A stretch of 64,000 nucleotides of DNA from Catajapyx aquilonaris. Lineage: Eukaryota. Position numbers and translations under genes: made by a program. The stretch covers positions 1 through 64,000 of the forward strand of contig KZ538191.1 of NCBI GenBank assembly GCA_000934665.2, given 5' to 3'. Below are positions 37,496-50,149 of this stretch, piece after piece. Position 1 is the first letter of the stretch. The number at the start of each line of letters is the position of its first letter. The notes beneath the pieces were generated by a model that was not told the DNA's origin, made no database searches, and saw nothing but the letters and a program-made list of their open reading frames with translations.

Positions 37496-38432
37496 TTAGA
37501 AACAATTGTCTTGGTTCAAACTTGCCCCGTAACATTTGGGCGAGTCACCTTTCGTACTTTTCAGGGGTTTGTATGGCACGGACTCTAATGCTTCCAGCTC
37601 CTCCTCCCACATGTCCTCCCAGAGTGTGGTATCGGACTGCATGCGAATTGGCCTGCATGGCGATCTAGGCTGCAACCTGCGCAATAATTGTGTTAGAGCA
37701 AGATTACCTTGCTGAATAGTTGCATTGAAGTAAAACTGGTACTTACCATGCCAAAGGTGGAACTTGTGTCTTAGACTGAATTCTCTCCAGAGGTGTCGTC
37801 TGTTTGCAGCTGAGGCATGACCAGAAGCACGACCAGCAACTACAAAATAGTTACTTTGTAATAAAATTACCTACTAATGTGAATATTTTTTAAAGTGATA
37901 GTGGGATGTACCCTGATGATTTCTGAAGATCGGGGATATCCTCCGCTGTTGAGCTCAACTTCACGGATTTATGTACACTGGCCTTGTACGTCATGTACCT
38001 GCTGGGACTGAGGGGATGTTGCGCTTTACGAGGCGTGAATCCAAGACTGTGAATACTGGTTGTAGGTTCCTGTCGATGCCTTGGCCTCTCGTCATGGTGT
38101 TGTGTAGTATGAAACAGGCGCTTCCTCGTAGTGTACTCCTTGATTGCACGGAGCGGGTCGTCTCTCGCTGGAGTGCCTGGGAGTAGATCCTGCCAGAGTG
38201 GACTTGAAGGTGGCCTATGTATGCTGTCGATGCTTGGAAGGGTCGGTTCAGCATGATACCAATCAATTTTTGTGACAGGAACTCTTGAAACGATGGGAGG
38301 CAGTCGGAAGGGAGCACGAGTTGTGGGAGGGTCAGTAGAGCCTGACCTGAGACGGGGAGCGGGTGCGACACGGCTGGATGGGTTGCGTGGCCAGTAGCGG
38401 ATTGGCGACTCTGGGGTCTCATCGTAGTCCAT
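37496..38432 (-). CDS. Uncharacterised ~264-aa Pro/Arg/Ser-rich protein, three coding exons
   Basis: Minus-strand exons 38432-37912, 37839-37747, 37676-37496 (795 nt). Introns of 72 and 70 nt (gtacat..ttttgtag; gtaagt..ctctaac..gcgcag), both phase 2 and both joining open frames. Minus-strand AATAAA at 37455-37450. The frame stays open upstream to an acceptor at 38492. No family recognised. Confidence 0.7.
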
Positions 38433-38945
38433 CTGGGTTTCTAAGTACTGCCGGTACCAGGCGTACAGATTTATACAACAGCAGGGAATGCCTAAAATGT
38501 ATATAAATCCAAGGGTATCTGAAATTATTGCATCTTCAAATTATATTGACATATAATATTGCAGTCAAGTACAGTTAGCGCTCTTGGTTAGCGTAATGGC
38601 TAATAATGAGCCAAACTGATTTTAACTCTATGAAAGTTCATCAAGATGTTAGTAGTGTGGAAAATCTTTGTCACAATATATAAAATACCCGTTGCGTTAA
38701 CATGGTTTACACTTTATGGCTTTAATTAAGCATGATTAATGACTTAAGCTGACAGTAACATATTTTGTTAAAATCTAGCTTGTTCCTAGTCTACATACCG
38801 ATTTAAATTCCCTGCTCCGATACACCCGGTCAGTCGCATAGTTACGTGTAATAATCTGCATTGTTACCACGAAATTATTTATTGCTGAAGCGCAATGTGC
38901 TGAATTCAAAATGCGCGCCATTTGCTTCAATAATGTGCTCACAGA

Positions 38946-38962
38946 TAGCGCCACCTGCTGTG
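38946..38962 (-). promoter_or_regulatory. CTCF-like site
   Basis: The minus strand reads CACAGCAGGTGGCGCTA, a close match to the CTCF core CCASYAGRKGGCRS. Confidence 0.45.
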
Positions 38963-39073
38963 ACGCAAATATTAATTATTAATAAAATTAATAATAAATG
39001 TGGCATAAGGGTTCAGTTTAAAAAATAATAATTGGTTCGATTATTGAAATGGCTTCTCTCCCATTCCGTGCCG

Positions 39074-39148
39074 TATCGATACTTTTTTTCGATCACAATC
39101 GATGTTCGACAAATATCGATATTTTTTAAAAAACGATCCAAGATGGCG
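39074..39148. promoter_or_regulatory. DRE-containing promoter of SAS-6, possibly bidirectional
   Basis: Two perfect TATCGATA elements (39074-39081, 39114-39121), extra CGAT cores between them, and a YY1-like AAGATGGCG at ~39140, just upstream of the SAS-6 ATG. Confidence 0.6.
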
Positions 39149-39281
39149 TCAGATGAAGAGTCTCTTCGGTTTGTGTCCTTTTGACCCTGTCTTGATTGAC
39201 CTCTGACCCTCTCTCCACAACCCCCGTCGGTCATGCCCTCCGACTGGAACCCTCCTGGTGGAGGCTGACCGCAACCCGCCG

Positions 39282-39920
39282 ATGTTCGTGCACCAGGCGA
39301 AGGAGACAACGATGATGATGCTGGGCTCAGGGGGCGGGAGCAGCAACCCCCATCCGTTGGGCTCTTCCAAGCTGGGCACGTCGGAGCTCCTCTACTCGAA
39401 GGTCCAGGCCGTGCTGACCAGGGCTGGAGACGGGAAGGAGGAGAGGAAGTGCATGCTCAGGGTCACCATCGAGTTGCAGACCATCACTTCGCCCACGCAC
39501 AGGAAGGTACGGGTCACGCTTCGGCACAAGGGGATTCAAAATGCCCAAAAAATTGATTAGAAATGGGTACGAAACGGGTATGGAATGGGTATAAAATTGT
39601 TTTTACATGGGTATGAAATGTATATGAAATTGGTATTAAATGGGTATGAAATGTATAAGAAATTGGTATTAAATGTATACGAAATGTGAACGAAGGAATG
39701 CAAATGGGTATAAAATGTGTATGAAGGAGTAAGAATGGTATGAAATGTGTACGAAGGAGTACGAATGAGTATAAAGTGTGTACGAAAGAGTACGCATGGG
39801 TATAAAATGCGTATGAAGGTGTACGAATGGGTATAAAATGAGTATGAAGGTGTACGAATGGGTATAAAATGAGTATGAAGGATACGAATGGGTATAAAAC
39901 CATTTGGGTGTACCAACCAC

Positions 39921-39983
<63 letters not shown>

Positions 39984-41691
39984 CTACCTACCCTTCCATC
40001 TGGACAAACAAACATTGCCTTTTGTATGTGTAGATTTTGATTTGATGACATTTGTTTTCCAACATATTGAAGGAGCTGTACGTGCAAGTGACGGACGATA
40101 CGGATCCGCTCTTCTTCTACTCCCTGCGTCTGGCGGAGGATGACTTCCAGGCCCTGAAGACGCAGCAGTCCCTCCTCGTCGACTTCCATGCGTTTCCATC
40201 CCAGCTGTGCCAGCTGCTTGATCGCTGCATGCTGGACTCCACGTCTAAGGGCAACGAGCCGCCCAAGTTCCTATTGCGGTTGGCCACCTCCTATGCAGAC
40301 TCCACCCTGGAGTTGGTCGAACTCAATCCGTTCAAGCATTTGTGCCACTTGGCTCTCAAAGTGGCTGCAGGGAGCGATCTGCAGGTGAAGCAGTACTTGT
40401 CCGAGTGCCTGAAGAAGCTTCGGTGCGACAAAGAGACGGCCGAGAGCGCACTGGAAGGTGCAAAGGCGCATGTGGAGGAGAGGCTGCGGGTGACTGAAGA
40501 AACGTTGCACCTGAAGTCGGCAGAGTTGGAACGACTGCGGAATGAGACTCGGGACCAGGCTGCGACCATGGGAGTCCAGTTGGCACGTGAAGTAGGTGAT
40601 GCCAAGGAGAAGGCAGCCAGGGCGCAATCAGATCTGCAGGAGAGACATGAGAAGGAGCGAGCTGACATGGAAGCCAGGCACCGAGCAGCAATCCTTACTT
40701 TTGAGTCACGTCTGGAGGCATCTGAATTTCAAGTAAATTATAGGATTTTTCAGGTACACTGTTATGCTACATGTAAGCGACTTACACAAGCTTCTTTCAG
40801 GTTCGTGATTTGCTAGAGGTCAAGTACGGGCAGGAGACTGCTACCCGTGAGCTTCGTTCGCAGCTTGCTGCCCTGCAGGATGAGTTGGCATACACTAAAA
40901 ACGAGTTGAATGCAACCCGAAAGCGAAATGCAGGCTTGGATGCTGATTACCACCAGAAAGAGCGGATGATGAACCAGCTGACGACACGTGTCGCTGTGTT
41001 GGAGCAGGAGGCCAAGGATAAGCAAATGCTGTCAGAGCAGCAGCAAAACCTTCTCCAAACTGCGACGGAACAAAAGCACCAAATGGAGGCACAGCTGGAG
41101 CAGAACGGAGCGACTCTGGCGAGGCGGGAGGGGTCTCTGAAGCAGGTGACAGAGGACTTGGTGAAGGCGAACGAGATCATCCGTAAGCAACAAGACGAGA
41201 TCCGCGGAATGCACGGCAAGGTGAAGCTCCGCAGCCAAATTGCGGTTGAGCAGGAGAAGTTACTGCAGGAAAAAGATAAGGAGCTCATTGAAGCTAGGAG
41301 AGAGATTGAACGGCTTACGTCAGAGAAGCGCAAGGCGGAAGAAGGGGAGATCCATGTGAACAACGAGAAAATTGACATCGAACGTCGTGTGGCTGAGATG
41401 GATAAACAGCTCAAGACTAACGAGAACGTGATCGCTTGGCTCAACCGACAGCTCAGCGAGGCCCAGACGAAGAGGAACGCTGGGCCAATCCTGGTTTCTA
41501 AACATGTTCTGCCCATACTGAGTGACATTTCCAAAAGCCCAGAGCCACCACTGGACCCTCGTTACTTCATGCCATCGAACAAAGGACTAACCAGAAAGGA
41601 TGAGACTCAGAGGATCACAGTCAAATCGAAGCCATCAGCAGGAAAGGCCAGCATTCCCGTAGCATCAGCTTACTTTCCATCCAAAAAGTGA
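39282..41691 (+). CDS. SAS-6: Spindle assembly abnormal protein 6 (centriolar cartwheel protein)
   Basis: Exons 39282-39506, 40073-40732, 40801-41691 (all phase 0, ~591 aa). The head domain ELYVQVTDDTDPLFFY...FQALKTQQSLLVDFHAFP...ELNPFKHLCHLAL is followed by a long coiled coil ending KANEIIRKQQ...LKTNENVIAWLNRQL. The start ATG is uncertain (39282 or the MMM at 39312). Confidence 0.93.
39560..39900. repeat. ~31-bp minisatellite in SAS-6 intron 1
   Basis: Unit tacgaatgggtataaaatgagtatgaaggtg at 39791, 39822, 39853 and 39883, degenerating upstream. Confidence 0.85.
39924..39981. repeat. (CT)n microsatellite
   Basis: Uninterrupted ct run. Confidence 0.95.
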
Positions 41692-43123
41692 TTAATTCAT
41701 AGCCAGACAGATGTGTCCATAATATTTTTAGCCGCCATACGAAGTGGTAGCCACTGATGGCAAAGCGGCCAGTAATTATTAGTTAAATACTGCACATATG
41801 TGGCCTTCACAGAACATATCAAAAAGTATCTGAATTTTATAGTGAAACTTCTTAGAGAATTAAGCTAATGTATAGGGTACGACTGCCAGATGTTTTTAAA
41901 AAAAATCATCTCCACGCTTAGTAGTTCGTTTAGACCTATTTGTTGTACCTACAGAACATTGCATTGCCCTGTTTACTTGTAGCAGGGAGCAATGCCAGTC
42001 ATTAACATATCACTCATGTCATGTTAGGAAATAGTGCCAGAGTAACATGACAGGAAGATTGCTCCAATGTACACAAAATATTTTGCCATGATGGAGTGGA
42101 GTCATTCCCTGACTCATGATTTTATGATAAATTCTTAGGTGCGATTGTGTCATTTGCATGAGCGTGCAGTCACACTTGACAAATGTTGTGAATACGTTGT
42201 ACGCTTTTATTCGTGTAGCATGCCATCACATGAGTATTTTGTAGCTAACTGTAAGATGAGCAGCACAGTACGTAGCACACTTGTCCATCCCCCATAAATT
42301 GCCATGACTGTATGAATTGCGAGAACCTGCAAGGCCTCCCCACACACTTTTTACACTATGACAAACTACGTACTGTACCAAAATGCACCATAACTTTGCA
42401 ATACAAGCGTGCTTTACATGACTGGGTATTTCCTGCCCTCCTGTTTATGAACACCCATCACCTGATTGACAGCAATGACTACACACTGATCCACCTCCTA
42501 TTAGACCGATCGATCCTAGAAGTGTACCTAACCCTCGCTGCGAATGTGTTCATGTTTTTTTCACCGCATTAAACAAGGGAGCTCCTGTGCAATTGTGTCC
42601 AGTTCCGCCGTTTGTACTACAAGCGTGACTCCTGCCTTTTGTTCCAGCTTCACCGTCGACAAAGGACCCACCTTCCTGCCACGACCCCTGTCAATTGTCA
42701 CCTTACAAGTCACGCAACCCATTATTCCCCACTTTTGTTGTTGCATATCCTGCGTAGTTTCATTTGCCAAAAAAGAAACCAGCTGATGAACCTACATTGC
42801 CAAAAAATTTAGCGGTTATAATCATTAGTAGCGGCTATACTTGGAGTAGCGGCGACTCCAAAGCTAGCGGCGTTTATTGTTTTCGCATAGCCGCTGCGTG
42901 ACTTCCGGCCTCGGCAGATCCTGCATTGCATCCTGTAGAACAGTAGAACCTAGAACGTTGTCCTGTTGTGCTGATGTCTTGCCTGGTGTGGTGCCGGGTA
43001 CAACTGCCTCCTCTTGACTGAGCCGTGCTTAATATTGTCCCGAACTGGGGGCCATGTAAAGGAGAAGAGGGGCTGGAGAGACCGGGCCGCCCTGGGGGCC
43101 AGTGAGGGAGAGACGAGGTGGTG

Positions 43124-45356
43124 ATGAGGATCATCAGAACGACTTACGTGATGGGGGTGGGGGCACTCATGCTGTTCCTCTTCGTGGCCTGGAGCGTGCA
43201 GAAGATACCCACCTCCTGGGCCCCAGCCACCAGGGAGTTCTCCCAGGTCTGCGAGGTCAACTTCCAGGACAGGAGGAGGCCCGCCTCCTCCCCTTCGCAG
43301 GTGGAGGAACAGGAGGAGGCCCTCCCGACCATCTTCTTCATCACCCCCACCTACCCCAGGAGGGAGCAGATGGCGGAGATGCTGCGGCTGGGGCAGACCC
43401 TGCTGCACGTGCCTGGCCTGCACTGGATTGTGGCCGACGACCGCTCCGGGTGCAACCCAGCCGTGTCCGCACTCATGCAGAGGCTGGGCATCCCTTACAC
43501 CTACATCTCCAGCCCCATGCCCTCCGCCTACCACAAGGGGAAGTCCTCCTACTTCCCTAGGGGTGTCGCCAATCGCAGGGCTGCCCTGCAATGGCTCAGG
43601 CTCAATGCTCCCAGGTAGTCCTCGCAAATGCATGTTGGTGTCATCTGTATGGCTTCGGGGTGACCGCACCAGTGCTGTCCGGGCTATGGCCCTACCAGGC
43701 ACAGTCCCATGATTTTAGTTAATTTTGAGCATAATGTCGGCAACATTTACTGCCCAGCTTGTGGCGCCGCAGGCCAACGAATTTCATTGTGGCTCTGGTT
43801 AAGGCCACGTTAACACGTAAGCAATTTGCTCAGCCATTGCAGAGCGATGAGACCAATTGTTTGGGTACAAAAGTAACAATCGATTTTTGCCCCAAGCAGT
43901 TTCATCACTCTGCAATGGTCGCTAGTAAATGCGGATTAGTAGTGCTATCAAATTGTCATTTTGAACAGTTTTGTTTATGCGCATAGGATGCATTGGGTGT
44001 ACAAAAAACAAGCGAGGGTTTGACCTCAGCAAATTGACCAGCAGCGGACAGAGTTTCTAATCTTTGGTGATCTTGCAGGACATCACCGGGCGTGCTTTAC
44101 TTCGGCGACGATGACAACACGTTTGATCTCCGCCTGTTTGATGAGATCCGCCACACCAAGAGGGTGTCCATGTTCCCCGTGGGCTTAATAGGGGAGTACG
44201 GGGTGAGCGCCCCGGTGGTCAAAGATGGGAAGGTGGTGGGGTTCTTCGACTCCTGGCCAGCCAAGAGGAAGTTTGCGGTGGACATGGCCGGATTCGCAGT
44301 GGGGATGGCCTTCTTCCTGGAGCATCCAAACGCCTCCATGCAGTACAAGACTGGGTACGAGGAGGACTCCTTCCTGCAGAGCTTGGGGCTCAGGGTGGAG
44401 GACATTGAGGTCAAAGCGGACGGTTGCACCAAGGTAATTACACGAACTATTCAAACAACCACATGAGCTGTGCGTCAGGATGATTGTTGTCGAGTCAAGC
44501 CTATACATCATGAAATAGGTACCTGGACAAACTTGCTGCAGACCAACGAATGTTATTGTGGCTTTGCCAAGCTCCAAGCTTGCACTGATATAAACAGACA
44601 AACAAACAAGCTCTGCTTTTATAATAATAGAGATGATGCTGTCCCATCTATGCTGATTAGGGTATTGCATAATTAACCTGACTTTTTTTTTGCCATGAAT
44701 TGCATGTGTGCTTAACCTTATTATTGGAGCGCAGATGTGGAGAGAATGGTATTGACACTTGGTTGTGTAATGTAGCATGTGGGCTGGTATTATGAAGTAC
44801 CTATTGTACTGCAGTAAATGGAGTATTGAACTGCTGTGACAATGAACACTCATTTGTCAAAGTGTCTTTGCGACATCGTGTACAGGCGTCCACTTCCCAT
44901 CACATGCTTTTGCCAGATCCTGGTATGTTCTGCGGTCAAACAAAGATAGCTAAACGTATTCAAATGCGATGGACCAAAAGCGGGAGGAATGTTGCGGCAG
45001 GTCGCATTGTTTTGCCTGACGTTTTCCTGACCGTGTGACTCATACGATCCTTAATTTCAGATCCTAGTGTGGCACACCCAGACTGTGAAAAAGAAAGTTC
45101 CGATGCTTAAAATATCAAAGTACGACGACACCAGTTTGAAGCCACTGATGGAAGAAGTGGAAAATCTAGGACTGGCCCATCGAAACTCCAAAGGTGATTT
45201 CACGGAGGATGATTCAACATTGATAAAACTATTCTGAGAAATACATTTACATAAATGTTCGACCCGGCGCGACTTTTCCACCGAGTAATTAATCCAAATA
45301 ATTTTCCAGGAATTAAGACTTTCCTGACCACTGACGGGAAAGAGCAAGCCTTATAG
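43124..45356 (+). CDS. GlcAT-S: Galactosylgalactosylxylosylprotein 3-beta-glucuronosyltransferase (GT43), GlcAT-S-like
   Basis: Exons 43124-43614, 44079-44433, 45061-45193, 45310-45356. N-terminal signal-anchor, then PTIFFITPTYPRREQ, PRGVANRRAALQW, LYFGDDDNTFDLRLF (DxD motif), VDMAGFAV and ILVWHTQT. The S versus P paralog call rests on recalled motif similarity. Confidence 0.9.
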
Positions 45357-46953
45357 GGCCAGCGTCCATATCTTTTGTGAGGAAACCGACTCTTCATGCC
45401 GATGTGGAAAGTCCTGCGGGACTCAAAGCACAAGATGTTCTTAACAGACTGATGGACATACTCCAAGGAGACGACGCAGCAGAGATGAGATTTTTGTTTA
45501 TCATTATTACCATTATCATTATTTATTATTGCTATTATGATTATAAAGGATTTGTAAATAATGTACAACTTCCACCCATGTCAAAGTATAAATAGTCAAA
45601 GAGATTATCCCAAAGATAGTACTCAGCAGCCTTGATAGGTTACATGCGAAATCTCAGATTTGCATTATTTGCCATTTTCAAAGCAATAAGATATATCAAT
45701 CATGCTGATAATTTTCTGATGCAATTTCATGAATCTCGAGTAATTGTCTCCGAACAGTTTTAATTTTTTGGATGCGCTTCAGCAGGACTGGAGCCTTCGA
45801 TCAAATTTTGTTAATTGCTGCGGGTTTGTGAATCTCAAGAAGGAAAGTCGCGTTGCCAGTGGCTTCCTTTTTAACTTATTTCCTAGTCTTGCGCAAAATG
45901 GGGAGTGTAGAAAAGTCATTCACTGTTTTACTAGTTGCAATGGTTGACAAGCCATTTCACGAAGAAGGGTTTGTGCCATGCATGAGTTGTACATGAGCTG
46001 CACAGGACTTAACTTCCATTACTCTCGTGGCACAAAGCACCTTAGGCTATACGTGTTATTCTTCAGGACTTTTTTTTTGTGAGACTAATTTTTGTACATG
46101 CACTAATTGTTCACTAACGAGGCGCACAGTAATTGTTTGCTATCCAGTTACATTTGCTTACGGCTGGTTAAGGGTGCAATAAAAGCTGCCTGTACTTTGA
46201 AGTAATGAGCGTAATTCAGCAGCAAGCAGTTGTAACACACCCCAAGTCAATTATGTTAATAGACGCGATTAATTTCCCCGTTCGAGTCAATAATACTCAC
46301 AGTATATTTTTTATGCAATTGTTGCTTTTTTGCTCATGTAATCTAGTATCCTCGAGTAATGTACTTGCATAGTAAATCCTGCCCAACTACGAGATTGTCA
46401 GTGTTATGACATTCCATGTGCTCAATGACATGGCATTGTTTTTTTGTTTAATTTTTTTCCTGTACGAGTATTGAATTTTTGTTGATTGTTTTTGGGTCAG
46501 ATTACATAATCTGGTGGGCTACGCAATAAATTAAAAAATGCATGGATCAGGCATTTAAATTGTGGAATTATGTGTGCTACGTGAAAAATCTTAAGTTGAC
46601 TATTTTTGTACAGCAACTAAGTTTACGCTTCCAGGTCTGATGTAGCGGGTTTCAATATTAATTCCTTCTGGAAGCCAAAATAAACCGGCTATTAAACATT
46701 GCAGGGGTTATTTTATTGCGACTCTCTGTCCACCATGTTTACATTATTGGTATGTAACCAATTATGTCGTACTCTGCAGCTTGTGTCCCGGCGTTATGCT
46801 GGTTTGTACAGATAAATAATCTTGCTTACATCGGCAACAGTTAGCTGTTGGCAGCCTTTGTTGACGTAACTAATGCACTGAAATTCTAAACAGTATTGTG
46901 CTATCACACGCAATACCTTTTGCTCTTGCGTTGGTGTGCCATCCTGAAAAAGA

Positions 46954-47404
46954 ATGGCTGGTAAGTGTGACATTGAAATAGTGGCCGAGGCGGCGAAGCT
47001 GAATGGACCCATCTCGAAGACCAAGGGTTCGGCCCTGCCACCATACAAGCAGGATTCGAGGCTGGGAGGAAGATGCATGGACATCACACCCACTGAAATC
47101 ATCCGTTCCAAGCACTGGAACCCACAGGTGGAAGATGCCTACCGGTTCAACCTGGCCGGCTACAGGTAAGTACCCATTGTAATGCACTGTACATTGTAAC
47201 GCAGCTGGTTTCTTCCTCAGGGACGAGTTGGAGTACAAGCTGGTGAGGAACACGTCGGAGGTGGAGCGCTGGCCAACCACAGGTTTCGTGAAGAAGCTGC
47301 AGCGCAGGGACGGCTGCTTCTACTACTACGACCGGGCCAGGGAGTGCCCCGATAAGGAGGTGGAGAAGACCAAGATGTACGGCTACGGCGGCAAGAAGAA
47401 GTAA
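46954..47404 (+). CDS. MEIG1: Meiosis expressed gene 1 protein homolog
   Basis: Exons 46954(or 47077)-47165 and 47221-47404, with a 55-nt phase-2 intron. The product [24 protein letters not shown]...[41 protein letters not shown] matches the MEIG1 pattern. AATAAA at 47465. Confidence 0.92.
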
Positions 47405-47768
47405 ACGAAGCGGACGCAATTTCTTCCTTTTTAGAACCCAAAAAATGTTCATTCCATGAGTCCAAATAAATTTACCTTCGCAGTTTACATCTGTTGTTTA
47501 TTAGCGATGAAGTAGGGTGCAACCAGTGCGAGTCTAATTTATGTAGGTGCACTTGAAATGTCACCGTGCATATCTGGAATCGGACAGCAAATGTTGCCGG
47601 AACACGCTTTTTCCCGGCATAGCTGTGAGGATTTGGAATGACTGCACCAGGTCTGTCAGTCTCGTGGGTCGTGACCCTGCCAGGCACGGTCGGTCACATT
47701 GCGTGATAATGTTAGTTAATAGCAAACTGGGTTGCTTATTGTGTATCCGCAATATTACTGCCCGTCTT

Positions 47769-47945
47769 GTGGCTCTGCCAGTCCAACAATTGCAACGAAC
47801 ATCATCGTGGCTGTGCCAGTACAACAATTGCAACGAACATCATCGTGGCTGTGCCAGTACAACAATTGCAACGAACATCATCGTGGCTTTGCCAGTACAA
47901 CAATTGCAACGAACATCATCGTGGCTTTGCCAGTACAACAATTGC
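47769..47945. repeat. 38-bp tandem repeat, ~4.7 copies
   Basis: gtggctgtgccagtacaacaattgcaacgaacatcatc at 47769, 47807, 47845, 47883 and 47921 (partial). Confidence 0.95.
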
Positions 47946-50149
47946 GTGCAATGTGTGTACTGTGTACCGACTACCGATTGCGTAACCGTGACCGGTCACT
48001 ACTACCACCTTTGGCGTTTTGCCCCTTGACCCTGTGCCCCAGAGAGGCTTGAGAATTGTCTTTTGATTTGTTTCCTACGCCCCCGTAGGGGCGCCCAAAA
48101 ATTGCCGTTGCTCGCTATATTTCAAGCGAACAAGGCGGGGTATTGGGAAAAGTTTTCAACTAGCAATAATCGCCCCTCGGTTGGACCTCATTGGGTACGA
48201 TATCGCCACTGCGCAAAGCTAAAGATTCAGCCGCTTCTGGGTGGAGGTCTAGCCGGAGCGGAGATAGCTCGGAGGTGACAGGGCGGGGAATGCACGGCGA
48301 CTGCGTTTTACCCTGTGGAGTTGTGCCAAATCAAGCGTTTTCGCACGCTGCAACGGATCGTAATGGACCAATCAAGTACTTAAAATCGGCAGTGCAATTA
48401 GCTAGTGCGCTGTTAAAATTCGGTAATTAGCGCACAGCCGATTTCGACATTAGCGCCACGTGATGGTCGACGGCGGAACTTCTACTGCACCCGTCGCGCC
48501 ACACACCGGCCGGGAGTTGAACCAAGCCAGAAGTAGCCTAACCGGCCGCCAGATGCCTCTAGCGTCGCTGCCAATCCGTGCCAATCGCACCAATAGTACC
48601 AATCATACCGCCAAAGTATGCAACGTGCTAATTACGACATACTAATTACGATATCACACAAACCAACATGTATATTCTACAAATTAATTCATTTGCAGTC
48701 CTCTGGTGTCAACTGCCGGTAGTATATGACCAGTAGCATCAACAGCCGGTAGATGTCGCGAATATCGCTTCCTACCCGATGGCTTCCAGGGCGAACATTG
48801 ACATCTGCACGCTTCAAAAAGGGGGGGGAAGAAAAATCTCGCCTGAACAAATGGGCGCTAATTGGCCCTAATATCGGGCGCCTCACACTATACACTCGCC
48901 ACATCGTGATTATGACAAATTGTTCGCACCACCCAACACCCCGCAAGTACAGGGTGCTCCAAATCCAAGTCTTCAAATTTTAATGATTAATTTTTTTCGA
49001 CAAGGTTTAATGGGCAACATTGTACAAAATAGAAGCACTTATTTATTAAATTGCGATACCGGTACATTTTAAAACTCATTGAATTGATGCTGATATTATT
49101 TATTCAACAAGAATCATTCAGTGCTAATATATAGCTAGTTGGAACACCTTGTACTTCCTCAATATACAAGGACAGGTGGTTTAAATTCCTCCCCAATTTC
49201 CCCTTGAACCCCCAAGTACTTTTTGGAGCATTAATCACCGCCAGAAAAAGAGAGTCCTCCTGTGATTTTTGGGTATTGTCCCGACATCTTCTCTATCCAT
49301 GGGAACTTGGCCCTCCACTTCTTCCCCCCGGAAAGATTAAAAGAAAAAAATTCTCCGCAAAGGATTTTTTTTCTTCGTGTGATAGGTTTTTTGGAAATGG
49401 GGGGGGATAGAAAAGCGCCTTTTTCTTTTTCCCTTTTCCTCACTTTTTTAAAAGCGGCAAATGCGTTTGGTTGAGTGAAGAGGGATGATCCCCACACCTT
49501 TTCAGAGATGGTGGGAGGATGAGAAGAGAGGGGGTCGATCTATTGTGCCATCTGGGATGTAGGGGAAGGGGGGGGGCAGGGTTTTCCCCCCGCCAAAAAA
49601 AACTGAAAAAGAAATCCGAAATTTGTTCCGCGCGATTTAGGGTGACTTGCAAATAATTGCATAAAAGATAAATTAAAATACATAAAACTGTACATTGAAA
49701 CTGTTAGCTATAATAATTTTAAAATTTCAAATAATTGTAACAAAATTTTTGATCCATATCCTATTCAGCCTGCACTTGACTTTCACATTATTTATATCTG
49801 TAAAAATTTCTGGATAATATTTTTTGGGCGAATTGGATCCCCCTTTTTATTCGTCCTCGGTATGGTGCTGGTTTTGCGAGGCAAGCCCTGGTTCCATTTT
49901 GGCAAAGTCAACATGGGCTGGTGTTTGGACAGAGCGGATGGGAAAAATAGCATCCAGTAGATCGCACCTTCTCGTGCTTCGCATACGCAATGCCTTCTTT
50001 CGCCCCTACTTCCCTGCCCCGCCGACGCCCCGGGGCAGCCTGGACCCAAAAGATACGGAGGCTGCTCTGATACGTGTGCGAATTCGGACAGATTTCAAAG
50101 TAAGTGGGATGAGTACATGGCCTATACAGAGCTCTTGTGAGCTTTAAAA

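Noticed and set aside
37738..37800. ACTTACC as the 5' end of a U1 snRNA
   Set aside because: No U1 body follows. It is the reverse complement of the GTAAGT donor of the minus-strand orphan gene.
39514..39920. H/Y/F-rich minus-strand ORFs
   Set aside because: Translations of the intronic 31-bp minisatellite.
42950..43702. 250-aa minus-strand ORF
   Set aside because: Antisense shadow of the GC-rich GlcAT exon 1.
44917..44949. Pseudo-exon ttgccag|ILVCSAVKQR-stop mimicking the GlcAT ILVWHT exon
   Set aside because: Similarity is limited to ~10 nt, and it would delete the conserved WHT motif. No further support.
47769..47945. 38-bp repeat array as a CRISPR or repeat-protein gene
   Set aside because: Units are contiguous with no unique spacers, the context is eukaryotic, and the period is not a multiple of 3, so the ORFs merely cycle through frames.
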